Shown: positions 23,574 to 37,053 of the stretch, one piece after another
Layout: the number at the start of each line of letters is the position of its first letter
How positions within the stretch are numbered: position 1 is the stretch's first letter
Assembly (NCBI GenBank): GCA_965649765.1
Contig: OZ287755.1
Span: forward strand, 60,450,001 to 60,514,000
DNA from: Bispira polyomma
Taxonomy: Eukaryota
Direction of reading: 5' to 3'
DNA: 64,000 bases
Notes under the pieces: model-generated
Seen by the model: only the letters and a program-made list of their open reading frames with translations
Database searches by the model: none
What the model was told of the DNA's origin: nothing
Position numbers and translations under genes: made by a program

Positions 23574-24609
23574 GGTATATACTATACCTCGGAATTGCCG
23601 CCCTATTCCAGCCGGGCGGCAACTTGATTAAGGTACAACATAAAAAAATAATTGTATAAATGGATGTATCTATCTGAATACTTCCTCCAAAAAATTTCGT
23701 TTTGGTATCACTAGAAAGCTCTTATAATGTACCTTGTGATAGGTTTCACTAATTGTAATTTAAATAAATTGCTGATGAAGATATTGTAAAATTTGGATTG
23801 TATAATTAAAATCCAGTCCAACCTGCTACCCTCTAAAGAGGCATAGCTCTATTCCAACTTCCATTCCAACCTTCAGTACAGCCTGCCTCCCTGTAGAAAA
23901 GTATATCTCCATTCAAACTCTCATTCCTACTCCTATTCCAACCTGCCGCCCTGTATAGAAGCCCAGCTCAATTCCAACTCCCATTCTAACTTTCAGCCTA
24001 GCCTGCCACCCTATGGAAAAGTATATCTCCATTCCAACTTCCATTCCAAACCCCAGTCAAACCTGCCGCCCTGTACACAAGTATGTCTCCATTCCAACCC
24101 CTATTCCAACCTGCCGCCCTGTACAGAAGCCAAGCTCCATTCCAACTCCCAATCTAACCTTTAGTCCAGCCTGCCTCTCTGCAGTGAAGTATTTCTCCGT
24201 TTCAATTCCCATTCCAACCCCCAGTCCAATCTGCCACCGTGTAGAGAAGCATAGCTCCATTCCAACTCCCATTTCAACCCCTATTTCAACCTGCCGCCCT
24301 GTACAGAAGCCTAGCTCCATTCCAACTTCCATTCCAACCTTCAGTCATTTTTGCTGGGTTTTGCACTCAAAATGGTGATTATTTATTTAAAACTCAGAAA
24401 GAACTTAAGATAAAATTTGCAATACAATAAGATGAGAAAGCTTATTGTATTGTGATTCCTGTGCTGTTTGTTGCATCAAAATCCGTTAAGAAACGGCTGA
24501 GATATTTAAACTTGCATACAAGTACCCAGCTTATGACCAGGGCGGCAGTACAGGGCGGCATTCTGATTTCATTCCGATTCCAGTTCTATTCCAAGGTGTG
24601 GTATATACC
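23574..24609. mobile_element. Non-autonomous DNA transposon with 9-bp TSD (Merlin- or MULE-like), 1036 bp
   Basis: TSD tgtttctga at 23565-23573 and 24610-24618. 22-bp TIR GGTATATAC(T/C)A(T/C)ACCT(C/T)GGAAT. Splits the Ngaro RNase H at TCIRN|I. Confidence 0.9.
23815..24345 (+). repeat. ~60-bp minisatellite (about 9 copies) inside the 9-bp-TSD element
   Basis: Unit approximately acctgccgccctgtacagaagcctagctccattccaactcccattccaaccttcagtcca. Confidence 0.9.
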
Positions 24610-27600
24610 TGTTTCTGATACATGTAGCTAAATATGCGTCCCTAGCTTTGCCAGTCTGGACGACCAAGACCACGGGCATGTTATCACAATGGACTGTCAC
24701 CCTCTGGTGAGCCCAGTCTTTTCCCCAAACTTTCAAAGCCACCACTATATTAACCATCTCAAGTTGTGTGATATGTAGGTCATATTGATATATGTTGTAA
24801 ACAGGTGTATAGTAAACTTGATCATTCCAAATTCCCCCCAAGCCTGTGAGGCATGCGTCCAAGTACATTTCTTTGTTTGCCTTAATTGGGAGAGGATTTA
24901 TGTATGTGACCCCGTTGTACCTAAATAGGAAAGTAATAAACCCATCTAAATCGTTTTTTATGTTGTTGGTGATTTTAAAGCATTTAGCCCCAAGGGATGC
25001 CCTGAACACTGCGAGAAGACGATTAATGAAGCACCTAGCTGGTTTAACACATTTGTGCATGTTTTCCTAATATAGATTGAAAATTTGTGCCAGAAATCCA
25101 AGATTTGGTGCGAGCCTCCACACAAGTTTCAAAAATTTCAGTAAATTTTTCCTTAGTTATGCTGATTGTTCCTTCAGAAATCTCAACGTATATACCCAAA
25201 TATGTCATCCTAGTAGAGGGTGCACACATCTTGTCAGGGTTCATAGGGAGACCTACATAGTTCAGTAATTTACACAGCTGATTAAACCTGTGTTCTGCCT
25301 CAGATTTCGGACATACACAAGCATAGTCATCGATGTAACAGTGCAACTTATAGCCCAGTGTTTTTATCCGGTCTGCTATAATATCCGAACATCGCTGAAA
25401 AATAGCACTGCCGTGGGCCCAGCCGAACGCCACGGCATTGTCTATGTAGTACTGCTCATTATGTTTAATGCCCAACTTAAGTGCGTCCACCGGATCAACT
25501 CTTAAATTTCTAAATGCCCTAGCCACGTCGGCCTTGAACATAACTGGATTTTCAGTATCCCTTACACTTTCTGTTATATTATCAATACTAGAAAATTTCA
25601 ATGAGAATTTTGTGTCATCATATAATTCCCGACTGACATTGTCGTTGACAGAACTGCATCGCGGATATGAAAGGCTAAGAATGACGCAACGTTTAATAAT
25701 GTCTTTTGGTCTGGTAAGCAAAGGTGAGCAGTGAAAGTGAGGATCTGGGATATTGTCTACAGGACCTAACATGGCACCCTTAATTCTTTTCTTTCTTAAG
25801 ATATTCATTAATAGCCTTAGAAAATTGCAAAGCAGAGTGATGATTAGTAACGTCTTGAGAATTTAATTGTTCAGAATCACTAAGTGAAAGTGGAAAACCA
25901 AACTTTAAATACTGTGTGACTATTTTGTCGGGGTGGTTTTCAGTAATGTCCTCCCACGCATCTATATTCAATTGTGATTTAATGGGAATGCGTGCTTGTT
26001 TATAATTGGGCACCCCAGTACTTCTTATAATGTTTGCTACTTTTGTCATTTCCTTTATGTTGTCTATCTGAACCGAATCTCTGTCAGGTCCAATAAATTT
26101 GAATAATTTTTCAGAATGCTTAATAAACCCTATGTTCTTAGAGGGGTCTGAAATGTCCCTAATGTCATTTAGTTTTGAAGATGTGTGTACTATGTCGGGG
26201 CTGACCAGCCCGTCTAGGGATTCACAGGCGGAGTAACCAAGAGTTTTCCACTCACCTTGAGTTTTCCACTCACCTTGAGTTTTCCATTAACCCTGTTATT
26301 TCCAGGGTTACATTTTTTGTCTACATTAATTGTTACATCATACATTTCAATAACTGAATCTATGATGTCAACCATATACTGCTCATAATCACAATTATGT
26401 TTTTGGTAGCAGGCCAGGTCTCTCTGATTCTGGAAAACTAAATTAGCATTGTCTCGCTCAATATTGTTATGTTCATATGTGTACCAACATGTTTGGACAC
26501 ACATTTTGACCTTTTCTTGAGCCATGGTGATTATATAAAAGCCCGGCAATTCAGACAGTCGTTGATACCTTAAAGTAAGGTTTAAAGTATTTCCTATCAC
26601 ATAACAGAAACCTGACCAAATTGGGTATGCTAGAAAATTCAAGTACACCACCTGGTGAGAACGATTATCTTGTGGACTAACATACATATAATTTATAGTG
26701 GACACGTCACATGTAGTGACAGTTACATCACTATATACAAGTGCATTATGATATTCATAATGACCAACATGATGTATATATTCATGAGTTTGACTTTCCA
26801 GAGTTGTACTTTCCCAGGATTCAACTGTGTTTCCATTATATAACTTTACATTTTCATCAGTGTATACCTGATCTATAATATTGGCATTACTTGGTTTCAA
26901 ATTATGTGTAATTTCTACAGAACTCTTAGTTCTAGCGTTAGATTTTTTATCACTTTTACTGTTGCAATTAACGTCATGTTCAAATGTTCGTCCACTTGGT
27001 CGTCGACTAGTTACCTATTATTTCACTGATTGCCATCATCTGGCTTTTTAATGGCACTTGCCTTGTTACATTTATGTTCTGGGTGAGCACTTTCTTTATT
27101 TAAATTTCGATAACAGTAGTTTCAAATGTGTCTGTACTGGCCATGATCATTTTCATTACTACAAGAGCCATTGTTATAGAATTTACACAAAACTTTCGCC
27201 TTCTGGGTGTGCTGTGTGGTCTGGGGGTTAACAAGAGCCAGTTGTGAGGTGCTGAGGCGGTTCAAAGCCTATTGCATCGCATTCGCCCAGTCGAGATGCC
27301 CCTCTTCTATTTCCTGCATGTTACCGCCCCATGCCGCCCGTACTGCCATTCATGGTAGCGAGTCTGCATCTCGTAGCGAGTAAATCATCTGGTGCAGCAT
27401 TTGCCTCATCATGGTAGGGTCAGATACCTGCGCGATGTTAGCTAGTTGCCCTGCTGCCCAGTGGGACATAGTCAGGTCATGGAAGTTCGGTCTCTTCCGG
27501 GCTGTCCCCCCCTAGCCAACCCTCGTTGGCCCAACGCAACTGAGGTTCTGCCCCACACATGTCTGTAATGTTGCAATGGCCAGATTATTGATAAAAAAAA

Positions 27601-29029
27601 GGTCTTACCTTGCGAAAGTTCTTGACGCAGGTTAGTATCTTAGGCAGCCAGCCTTTGGTTGACAGCAGCGTTGACATCAGGAATTGACTTCAGCACATCC
27701 AGTCTTGGAATAATGCCGTCCCGTTGATAGTCATGATGTTGGTGATGACCCTTGTATGAAGTAGAGTGTCCGAGTTGGTGACCAGCTTGGACTGGACGTA
27801 AGTTCTGGGGTAGCGGTATCGCTGCCTGGGGACGTAGGTCGAACATAATGTCGTTTCTGGCCGGTATTACAGGGGACGTCAAAGGGGTTCAATTAACCGA
27901 CCCTTTCAGTTCAACACGGTCTATCCTTTTGCTAATGTCAACGTTGGCCGACTGGAGTCGCTGTAAAATAGTCATTACTCCAGACAGTTCAGATCCATTG
28001 CTGGATATCTCTGTCTCAGCTGAAGGTTCTCTTAGATTCCTTACCACTGGGTCCTTGATTTTCGCCGACGCTGTCCTTCTGGTGGTCAAGGGTTTCTTTG
28101 TCGTTTGAGGAGCGCTTCCAGGTGTTTTCTTTGTCTTTCCCATACTGTTACCCAGTTTAGTGTACGAGTATACAGTATACTTTAACTTAACGTAAAAACT
28201 AAAAACCCTGACTGATTAAAAACATGTAAAACAAAATTTTCCAATTTTTACTTTTCTCCAGTGTTTACTGGTGGAAATTCGTTTTCAAAATGGTGCCAGA
28301 AGTTGGGCAGCATAAGCTAATTCAGCAAGAGGGTCAATTGGTGATTGGTTAACCCGATATGGCTGGGTGAACAGGATTAACCAGAAGTGTTTTTAAAATA
28401 ATAGTTAAGGTGTATTATGAACTGACACAGCAGTCCCCTAAAGTGGTCATGCAAGTCATATTTTTACAGGATAAACTAAAGTTGGACCTGCTGTTGTATT
28501 TAAGGTTAGATTTAAAACACTAGCATCTATTGTTTTTGCACTGATTTTCACCACAGTTACATTTTGTAAATCCTTTTCCACCACTTCTTTAAATTTTGAA
28601 GTGTTATACCTGTTTAGTTCAAACTTAGGGCTGAGCAATCAATGTCAGTCTTGGTGTATAAAATTAAAGGTTGTAGGTAGGCCTGATATTTTGCCTCATT
28701 CTAAATATAATGGTGTTAAACGTCTCAAGCCCAGCTGGGTATGGCATGACAAGACTCCACATATTAATGAATTACTGTGAATGGTTACATGTGTGGCTGT
28801 CCGTGCTTGCGGGGTCTTTGTAGGATTTATGTGTAAGGGTCCCTTCAATTGCATTCATTGAGTTGGTAGAACAAGGTGATACTTTTCAACACCCATCAAG
28901 CGTCACCCTTGTGCTCTATGAGATAAGCCCAAATATGTGTAATAAAAAAATTATTCAGTGTGTTCTACCTATGTTTGACCAAGGCTTTCCAGTTTCCCTC
29001 TTTTCATATTATCTATATTTATCAAACTT

Positions 29030-29670
29030 GACTGGCTTGTACTGTGCCAAAAAAATGGTAATTTCTAGACTGTTATTCAGACATGGCTTGGAAGCGTAAT
29101 TGGAGTTAATTTATCTCTCGAACCCCCACATATATTATTTGGAGAATGTCAATTGGGAATAACCTACTCGCCTATGAATGTTGTCTACATGACTACCAAG
29201 CAATGTATCAATGGAAGGTTTGACTACCTTCGACTACCCAAGTATTACAAATATATAGATATTTTAAATACATATTGTTAAAAAGGATAAACTTTCGGGG
29301 GAAAAAGTAATTGTTAAATATTAGAAACACAGATAAATACAAGATTTGATTACCTTACGGTAAAAAAACTTACATTGATCTTTCTACCTCAAAACCAACA
29401 CAATGTACCACACATCCTATATCTTCTATTTACAGAATTTAGAATAGTGTAGGTTAGTGTAGAAAAACAAATTTTTTTTACACACATTGAATGTATAGGT
29501 TGTAAGGTTTCGCCTTTAATATATTTACCATTTGCTGTACTTTACTGTTTGTTACGCTGTTAAACCAGTATCTTTTGTGTTACCTTATGAGGTGCAGGTT
29601 TATTGTGAAGCCCCTGTGAGTGGCACAGGGTGTCTGAAAAATAATTTAATAGAAACTATTTGTAAAAAAA
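29030..29670 (+). repeat. Old duplicated block with L1-like ORF2 C-terminal remnant (paralogous to ~40030-40960)
   Basis: cagacatggctt...ccacatatattatttggagaatg...atgaatgttg...atgact aligns to 40093-40220, which translates in part FWKCIQTWLKHVTEVDLYLAPPHILFGE. Confidence 0.65.
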
Positions 29671-30233
29671 TGTCCACATTACCAACAACACGTTTGTCCT
29701 CATGAACTCTATTTTATATAAACATGAGGTGGTAGAATCTATGTATAAAACCTGGGACAATCAGACAAACATACCTTTTGAAACATAAGTAAATGTATAC
29801 TCAGGGGCTTAGCCACCTATAACGCCAGTACGCCCATGCGTACCAATTTAATGACAAGAAAAAATGTTTTTCTTTAAATAAATAAATTTTATATATTTTT
29901 TTGTTTATTTTATAAAATTAAATAACATAAATCTATGGTATTTAATAATAAAAAAATAATGACAGATAGAATGGCGGCCAGTCAACTGTGTATTATAGAG
30001 TACACAATATGCCATTTATATAACCTCAAAGAGGGGGCCAAATATAACCTATTATAAAGACCGGAAGTGCGCATAGAACACAAAAGCCGTCAGTGCGCAA
30101 TTCATAGCCGTACTTTATCTGGGAGAATAGATCACGGAAAAATAGTTCCGTCAGTAGCTACAAAAATAGTTCACATTAAGTTGGGAAATATCTTATTTTT
30201 TGCTTTAAAATATATTATTGTCAGTCTTTATAA

Positions 30234-30374
30234 TAGAAATAAAGTACATGGGCTTGTACTTTATTGGAGAATCAAGGACAGCCTTCCGGCATAATGCCGG
30301 CCCTCGTCCATTATTCCGCCGTAAGTCAGTCCTTGATTCTCCAATAAAGTACTCGCCCTTGAACTTTATTTCTA
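30234..30374. mobile_element. ~140-bp hairpin MITE-like element
   Basis: Near-perfect inverted arms tagaaataaagt...gtactttattggagaatcaaggac / gtccttgattctccaataaagtac...actttatttcta. Confidence 0.7.
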
Positions 30375-30427
30375 CACTAAAAGGTACTAGAGTGGACGTT
30401 AAATATCCAATTAAAATTCAAAAATTC

Positions 30428-30812
30428 AAAGAGGGGGCCAGTCAACTGTGTCTTATAAAGTACACAAAATGGGTTGTATGTAACCTCAAAGAGGGGGGCA
30501 GGCAACTGTGTATTATACAGTACACAAGATAACATGTATATAACCTAATATAGGGGGCCAGTCAGCTGTGCATTATACAGTACGCAATACGTCTTGTATA
30601 TAACCCAAAAGAGGGGGGCCAGTCAACTGTGCATTATACAGTACACAAGATGGCAAGTATATAACCTCAAAGAGGGGGCCAGGCAACTGTGTATTTTACA
30701 GTACACAAGATGGCACGTATATAATCTAAAAGAGGGGGGCCAGGCAACTGTGTATTTTACAGTAGACAAGATGGCATGTATATAATCTAATAGAGGGGCC
30801 AGGCAACTGTGC
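30428..30812 (+). repeat. ~61-bp minisatellite (about 6 copies; single units at ~29970-30045 and ~38970-39035)
   Basis: Unit aaagagggggccaggcaactgtgtattatacagtacacaagatggcatgtatataacctc. Confidence 0.9.
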
Positions 30813-31250
30813 ATCGCTTGTTTGTTTGTCCATGTTATAATTTTTATATTACATTCTACTTTATAATACATCAAATAGTCTGTTCTATTCTGTATAAAAC
30901 AACTATATGCCACACCTCTGCCAATTTGATATTTATGAGAGTTTTAAGTGAAAAAAAACCCACTTTGTCGAAACAGTTGAATTGTGCTTGTTATTTTGTG
31001 TATCAGCATGCATATACCTCATCCTCACTGAAAAAAATCAGTTATGTATGTTTGATAGGTAATTAATTCTATGTCACTTACTAAGCTAAATATTGGGCCT
31101 AGTTTAAAAGATAAAGCCCCTTTAAAATAATACAGAAAAACATTTTGATCATCGATATAGTCTAGATGGATTTTGTGCAAATTTTTAAAAGGTTAAACTA
31201 GAGGGAATACATTTATTTAAAACATAGCTCCTATATACCAGCCTATATTA

Positions 31251-31620
31251 TAGGAATAACACCCGACAAAGCAGGGTATACGCAGCATTTTGATTTTACC
31301 ATGACTCAAGGAGTAGACCCACAAAGGCGAAGCATGAGTAGGTCTAATCCTTTAAGAATGGTAAAATGCTGCATATACCATGCCTTGGAGTGTGTAATTC
31401 CTATTCTAACATGACAACATAATAAACAAGATAATACTTGCCTTAATTTTCAAAAAAAATGACCATATTTTTTTGGCGATAAACGTAAATAAACATAAGC
31501 TGTTTCATCTTTATTACGATTTCAGGAGAACTTTTTGGAACAGCCATGGGTGTATGCAGAATTTTACCGAGGCTTACGGCCAATCAGAATCGTGGACACA
31601 GCCGTGTTGCGTTAGAATAA
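31251..31620. mobile_element. Hairpin-containing non-autonomous element, possibly Crypton-like
   Basis: Imperfect stem 31251-31403 (taggaataacac...gcagcatttt...accat / atggtaaaatgctgc...gtgtaattccta) with a central ggcgaagc loop. A third copy of the gtatgcag motif and ccaatcagaat lie near the end. The family call is inference only. Confidence 0.45.
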
Positions 31621-34600
31621 GATATTTAGGGAAGCTTATTAACTATTTATTTAAAAATTAATTGATAATTAGTATCTTTGAAAGCAAAACCTAAAAAGTA
31701 GGATGTCTACTGTGTGTAATTTCAATTTTAGAGAAGACAAACAGCATTTTTAACTGATTGTGCACTTGATTAAAGAGACAGAAAAGTATTCTTTTACTAT
31801 GTTGTCAATAATGTGGAAGTAAATTTTAATCTCTGGAGTTCAAAGGATAGATTAACAATTGATTAATTATTGAATATTTGATATAATACATAAATATGTA
31901 GCATCTGCTGAATTTTGTCTTTTTTATTAATTAAGTAAAAAGACTCAAGTTACAGATTAACTTGTCGCCTTTTATTTAGAGGAAATACCCTGACACATTT
32001 AGGAATCCTTGGTTAAGAAACTTAACCCAATTAGTAAACAACATAATTACATTCACGAGATTAAATGATTGAATATTTAATAAGTCAAACTCTTTCAAAT
32101 TATTTATAGTTAGATAGATAATTTTTCATTATACTGAAATTGTGTTCTACATATACAGATATACAAAAGTTTCACATGTTTTATTAATTGTAACACTCAA
32201 CCTAAAGGCTTATAAGTCACTTTAAATTAAATATTCTAATCCATTGTGTTTATACAAATAGGTATAAATTTATTAAACTTTATGTATCTTCAATTTAAAA
32301 AAAGTATGATTTCCTATATTTCCATAATTACACAGAAACATCGCCAAGAATATTACAATTTAGATATTAAGATTTAACAAGTACCCTATGATAGTAAACC
32401 AGTCAGTAACCCTGTGACAGTAACCCTATGACAGTAATCTAGTAGTGTCAATATACACAAACATATGTGGCATTCAGTCATCAAATTTAGTGTGCGTCCA
32501 TGACCGACCAGTATGGCCAAGTGATATTTGATACATTAGCCAGATGAAGGAATGTGTGAAATACAGAAATAAAAAATAGTAATAATACTCGTTTGGGCAT
32601 TTTTATTCTCATTGAACATATTGGTAAAAAACATCAATATTCTACATTCTAAACAGAGAAGAAAAAAGGGCTAATGCCTGCCCTGTACAATAGTATAACT
32701 TTTATTGACATAATTATTAATACAACATAATACAACATTAAAACAATATTTCCCACAATTGGGTTTTGGAAAGGTACTTGACCTGTTAATAATTAAACAA
32801 ACAAACCCAAGTTAAAACCATAAAGAAAAAAGGGGAGGGACTAAGGGTGGGCAAAGAAAGTACTGGCAGCACAACAATAATCCAATGCAAAGAGTCCATA
32901 AAATGTGAGGTTTATATTGACACCAACACAGAAGACAGGGTGTGGAAAAGTTTGGGGGAAAGTGAGAAATTAAAAGATAAATTAATTGAACTGTCTAGAG
33001 GTTCAACTTCCCCCAAAGCAGAGAAGTCTACAGTTGAACTGTCTGAAAGTGTAAACTTTGGACACCCAAAAGTGAGGAGGCAACAGAGAGACCCAGAATG
33101 TTGAATTGTCTGAAATGTGTAAACTTTTTACCCCCAAAAGTGAGGTACTTGTATGGAGACCCTGAAGGGATCTGTGTGTGAACAGGAGTGAACAAGATGT
33201 GTTAATTTGATTATGACTTGCACAGCTGACTGAACCTGCGCACACAGTGCCCATACCACAGGGTTTGTGCTTATGGCATCCGAGTATCTAAAAATGTAGA
33301 ACTTTCGTTACTGGACGCAAATTTAAACATACAATCCATCCGATAAGACGCAGATTTATTTCAAACTGCCATTTTTCACTTTTAATTTCACAGTTTCTAA
33401 CAAATATGTTTCAATTTAGTTCTGGCTAAACATCTCAGCTTCCAGTCGGTTGGTGTTTTCAATGGTAGTTTCTAAAACTCGGAATTATGTTAGGGTGATA
33501 TGAAAATTGCACAACTTTTTAAAATTCACAGTTCAAATATCTAAACTTTATTTTATATTATAATTATCAAACAAAATGGTCAATAGCTTATTGTTTGATG
33601 TTTATCATAATTTTATGGGTAACACTGGTTTGTTTTTGATATATGAATGTCAATATTAAATTAGTGTTTGATCTAAATTTTTATATTCTATGTTATTATA
33701 ATCCTGTTTTTTGATAAGTGTGACTTTCATATGAATTGTTGTGCTTTATTTATCTTCAAAATACATACTGAATAATTCTTTTTGTATGTTAAAACTGACT
33801 AATAAATCTAATATCATTATTGTATACATTTATTGTACTGGTAACTATAATAACAAATATCTATCAGATGAATAAAAGCTACTTCGGGACCACACATGGG
33901 AAATGTGTTCCTTGTACCCCACTTTAAAAATCCTACACTTGACTCTGTGAGTTGCAGGTATACCTGGGAACATACTATGAAATGTTGAGTTGTATTTGTA
34001 ATAAGGAGAGCACAGGGTGAGTGAAATTTGTTAAAAGGTGCCTGATAGCCAAAGAACAGGGGGGAGAAGTATAGTCAGGTGATAGGGGGTGAGCTGGCTC
34101 TGACTAAAACAGTTAGCCTTTCTAGGGCTTACTAGGTAAGTCAGATTCTAGCTGATAAGGAGGCAAAAGATAAAGTGATAAGTATTTTCAGGTTTCTTGT
34201 ATCTATTCCTCATTTTGGATTTCTATATTTATTTTCACACATATATTTTATCTTTTAAGGGTAATTTAATCCATCTTGCTTTCTAACTTGGTTTCCTGAT
34301 GACAATGTAGCCCTTGTCATTATATAAGAATAATGTGTTAAGTTCTATATAAAACTGTCTCTGATTTTTTACTTGGCAATAACCATCAACGATTTGATAT
34401 TCTCAAACCTATAAACAAAAGCTGAATAACATTTTTTTAAACTAATAAAAATTTAATCAAGTATTACCTAATAATAAATATGTTATTGTTGTTTTATCTT
34501 CCCACATCTTGTACACATAAACGAAAGGCGAATTGCTTGGTCGTTGGTGAATGATAAGGTTCATTTAATTGCTTATATTTTATACTATTTTCGCTACTCG

Positions 34601-35112
34601 ATGTGCTTTTGTAATGACAATATTTGTTGTTGAGATCAGCTGTTTCTTCTACCCCTAATATATTGGTTAGTTGTACTGACATCTAGCGAGTGAACACTGC
34701 AAGAACCATATAAGGAAAATCTGTTTGACATATCATACACCGACTCAGTTTAGATTTTGACAGTTGTCACAAGAAAAGACAGTGTGAATAAAATTCTGAA
34801 AAGAGTGATAGAAAATAGAATCTATGAAGAATGATTATTTGATGAAATTACCATTTATTAGCTGTAAAAACAGTGTAGGGAGGGAGGTTTTAAAGTGACA
34901 GTTTATGTTCAAATTAAAAATCATCTTTAATTTTCAGCCATTTTTTTTTTAATGTTTACATGAAAACATAACTGTTTTCAATTATCTACATACATATTAC
35001 AACTATATTATCAGCATCAACCTAGAGTATCATCTACCAATAAGAGATTGTACTTATAACACAAATATTAGCCTTGCGTACTTTTTGGTACATTTAAAGG
35101 AAATGAACCCTG

Positions 35113-35180
35113 GGGCCGTATTCACGAAAGGACTTAGCCAGGTCATAGATTTTGGCTAAGTCATTTTGTGAATACGGGCC
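35113..35180. mobile_element. 68-bp Harbinger-like mini-MITE
   Basis: CTG TSD on both sides. Arms gggccgtattcacgaaaggacttagcca / tggctaagtcattttgtgaatacgggcc. Confidence 0.85.
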
Positions 35181-35571
35181 CTGCAGTCTAGTTTGTAGTT
35201 TCAATAACATAAAGTCACCCAAGTGGTTGTAACGCACCAGGTGAAAAGGCACAATGCTAGTGACATAAAAGAAGTTTAGTTTCAAAAATACAAACCTAGG
35301 TGTGTGGGTAAAATATTCCATTTGGGATACTATAATACAAGAAGTTAAAAGACAAAAGGTCAGGTGAAAGATCCACAACGTTAAATCCATCACAGACCAC
35401 GACAAAGTGATTTTTTTACTTTTTCAACAATTATTTCAACTGTTTAGGCATATCTCTGTACAAACTACATTACAAGTATTCGAGGGTTAGACATTTACAC
35501 TAACATAGAGATATGGAGGAAAACCCCCATTTACAAAAGTAATTTAAAATAGAAACGTTTAACAAAAAGTA

Positions 35572-37053
35572 GAAGCATTTATCAAATAATGATCCTAATT
35601 TAGGCATATTTTGGACTTTGAACCTCTATAACTCAACCAGTTTCCAACATATTTTTAGTATTAGTGGCTCAACTAATATGTATGGCATTTATTTATCATT
35701 TTACCAAGTATTATGCCCACGTTATGTATAGAAATATTTAATTGATCCTATTTGTGACCAAGTGACAGTGTGAACTCTTCATTAATACACTACATGCATT
35801 ATTATATGTTTGCCATATATGGGCATTTTGTTTAACGCTTGTGGAAGCTGGGGCCCTATTCACAAAAGGGCTAAGTGCAGACGTTGTCCTAAATCTAGCA
35901 CAAAAGTATACTAGATCTAAGACAAGGTCTTGGCGTATTTAAACATAGCATATTGTATTTAATGGCTTATTTATTGTATATGTAAATATCGGACCCCAAC
36001 TTATGATTTGGCTAATCTTAGGATGGGCTATAGTCCAACTTAGGATAATAATCTGTATCTTAAGATGGGCCACCAGGCCATCGTACTAGCCCATCTTAAG
36101 ATTTGCCAGGAAAACAAGTCAAACTTGAGATTGGATTAAAATTGAAAACTAGCCCAATTGAGATTTAGTATACAGGAATATAATATGGAAAACTACTTTA
36201 TATGAACTAAAAATATTGAAAATTCTGATAAACAATTTAGTATTAGGTACAACCAAGATCTGGTTAACACTAATCTAGAAAAGCTCACTGATTTGATTTA
36301 CTTTTTTCTTCATAAATGCTTTAATTAAAATGAGGATCTCTGTTTATATCTGATTCCTTAAGCTATTCAATAATATCTGTACCCCAGTACACTTTGCAGA
36401 GATCTAGTTATTACAAACAAATCAAGTAAAACATGGCTTCCCATTATATCAAGGTATCAAATTTATCTGTGCAAAAGGCATAGTAAAAGGATAAGTGTAT
36501 TGTGATCATACAACAATTTGGGGCAATTTTTAAAAAGAACTATACTCTTAGAAAGATACATTATAAATGTAAGTTTATCAGTAAATCAAGTACTAACTGG
36601 AATATTTAATAATGAGCTTGAAACCTGCAATTACATTAAAACTATTAACATTAAATCATCATCATGTGATTAACTATTATACAATTCAAACATTTTAGAT
36701 CTCCAGTTTTTAATTTTAATCCAATCTCAAGTTTGGCTAGTTTCCCTTGCCAATCGTAAATAGGATAGCTCATCTTAAGATGGCTGCGAAACACTTATAA
36801 TTATAGGTTGGACTATAGCCCATCTTAAAATTGGCCAAATTGTAGGTTGGCCTCCGACATTTACATAAAATGTCAAAAGTGAATTTGACATTAAATACAA
36901 TATGCTAGATTATATGTTAAACAATTGTATAATTTTTTAGAATATTATGCTTTTGTACATTTTTGATTTTTTTCCCTCATCTTGATCGACATATATTATT
37001 ACCTATATTACTTAAATATGCCTAAATTAGGATCATCATTTGATAAATGCTTC
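35572..37053. repeat. Nested foldback structure including a Harbinger-like end at 35851
   Basis: Outer 40-bp inverted pair 35572-35611/37014-37053. Inner ~200-bp imperfect inverted pair ~35945-36152/36704-36908 (e.g. aaacttgagattggattaaaatt / aattttaatccaatctcaagttt). ctg|gggccctattcac at 35851. Confidence 0.7.

Larger units (their letters stand above)
21724..28458 (-). mobile_element. Near full-length Ngaro-type tyrosine-recombinase retrotransposon #2 with split direct repeats
   Basis: A1 28243-28458 matches A2 22261-22477, and B1 22478-22632 matches B2 21724-21878, giving the order A1-ORFs-B1-A2-spacer-B2 on the minus strand. ORF1 runs 28143-~27030 with a CKFYNNGSC Zn finger. RT at 26049-25044 (KADVARAFRNL, YIDDY), RNase H at 25060-24620 plus 23565-23460, and YR at ~23290-22642 (HRFHIFRRSGA...HRLWRSSAVWTY). 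Frameshifted. Confidence 0.93.

Noticed and set aside
24013-24378. Pro/Thr-rich ORF and its antisense ORF
   Set aside because: Artifact of the 60-bp minisatellite inside a non-autonomous element.
32840-34200. Possible retroelement termini or ORF1 fragment
   Set aside because: No partner repeat or protein motif was found in the window.
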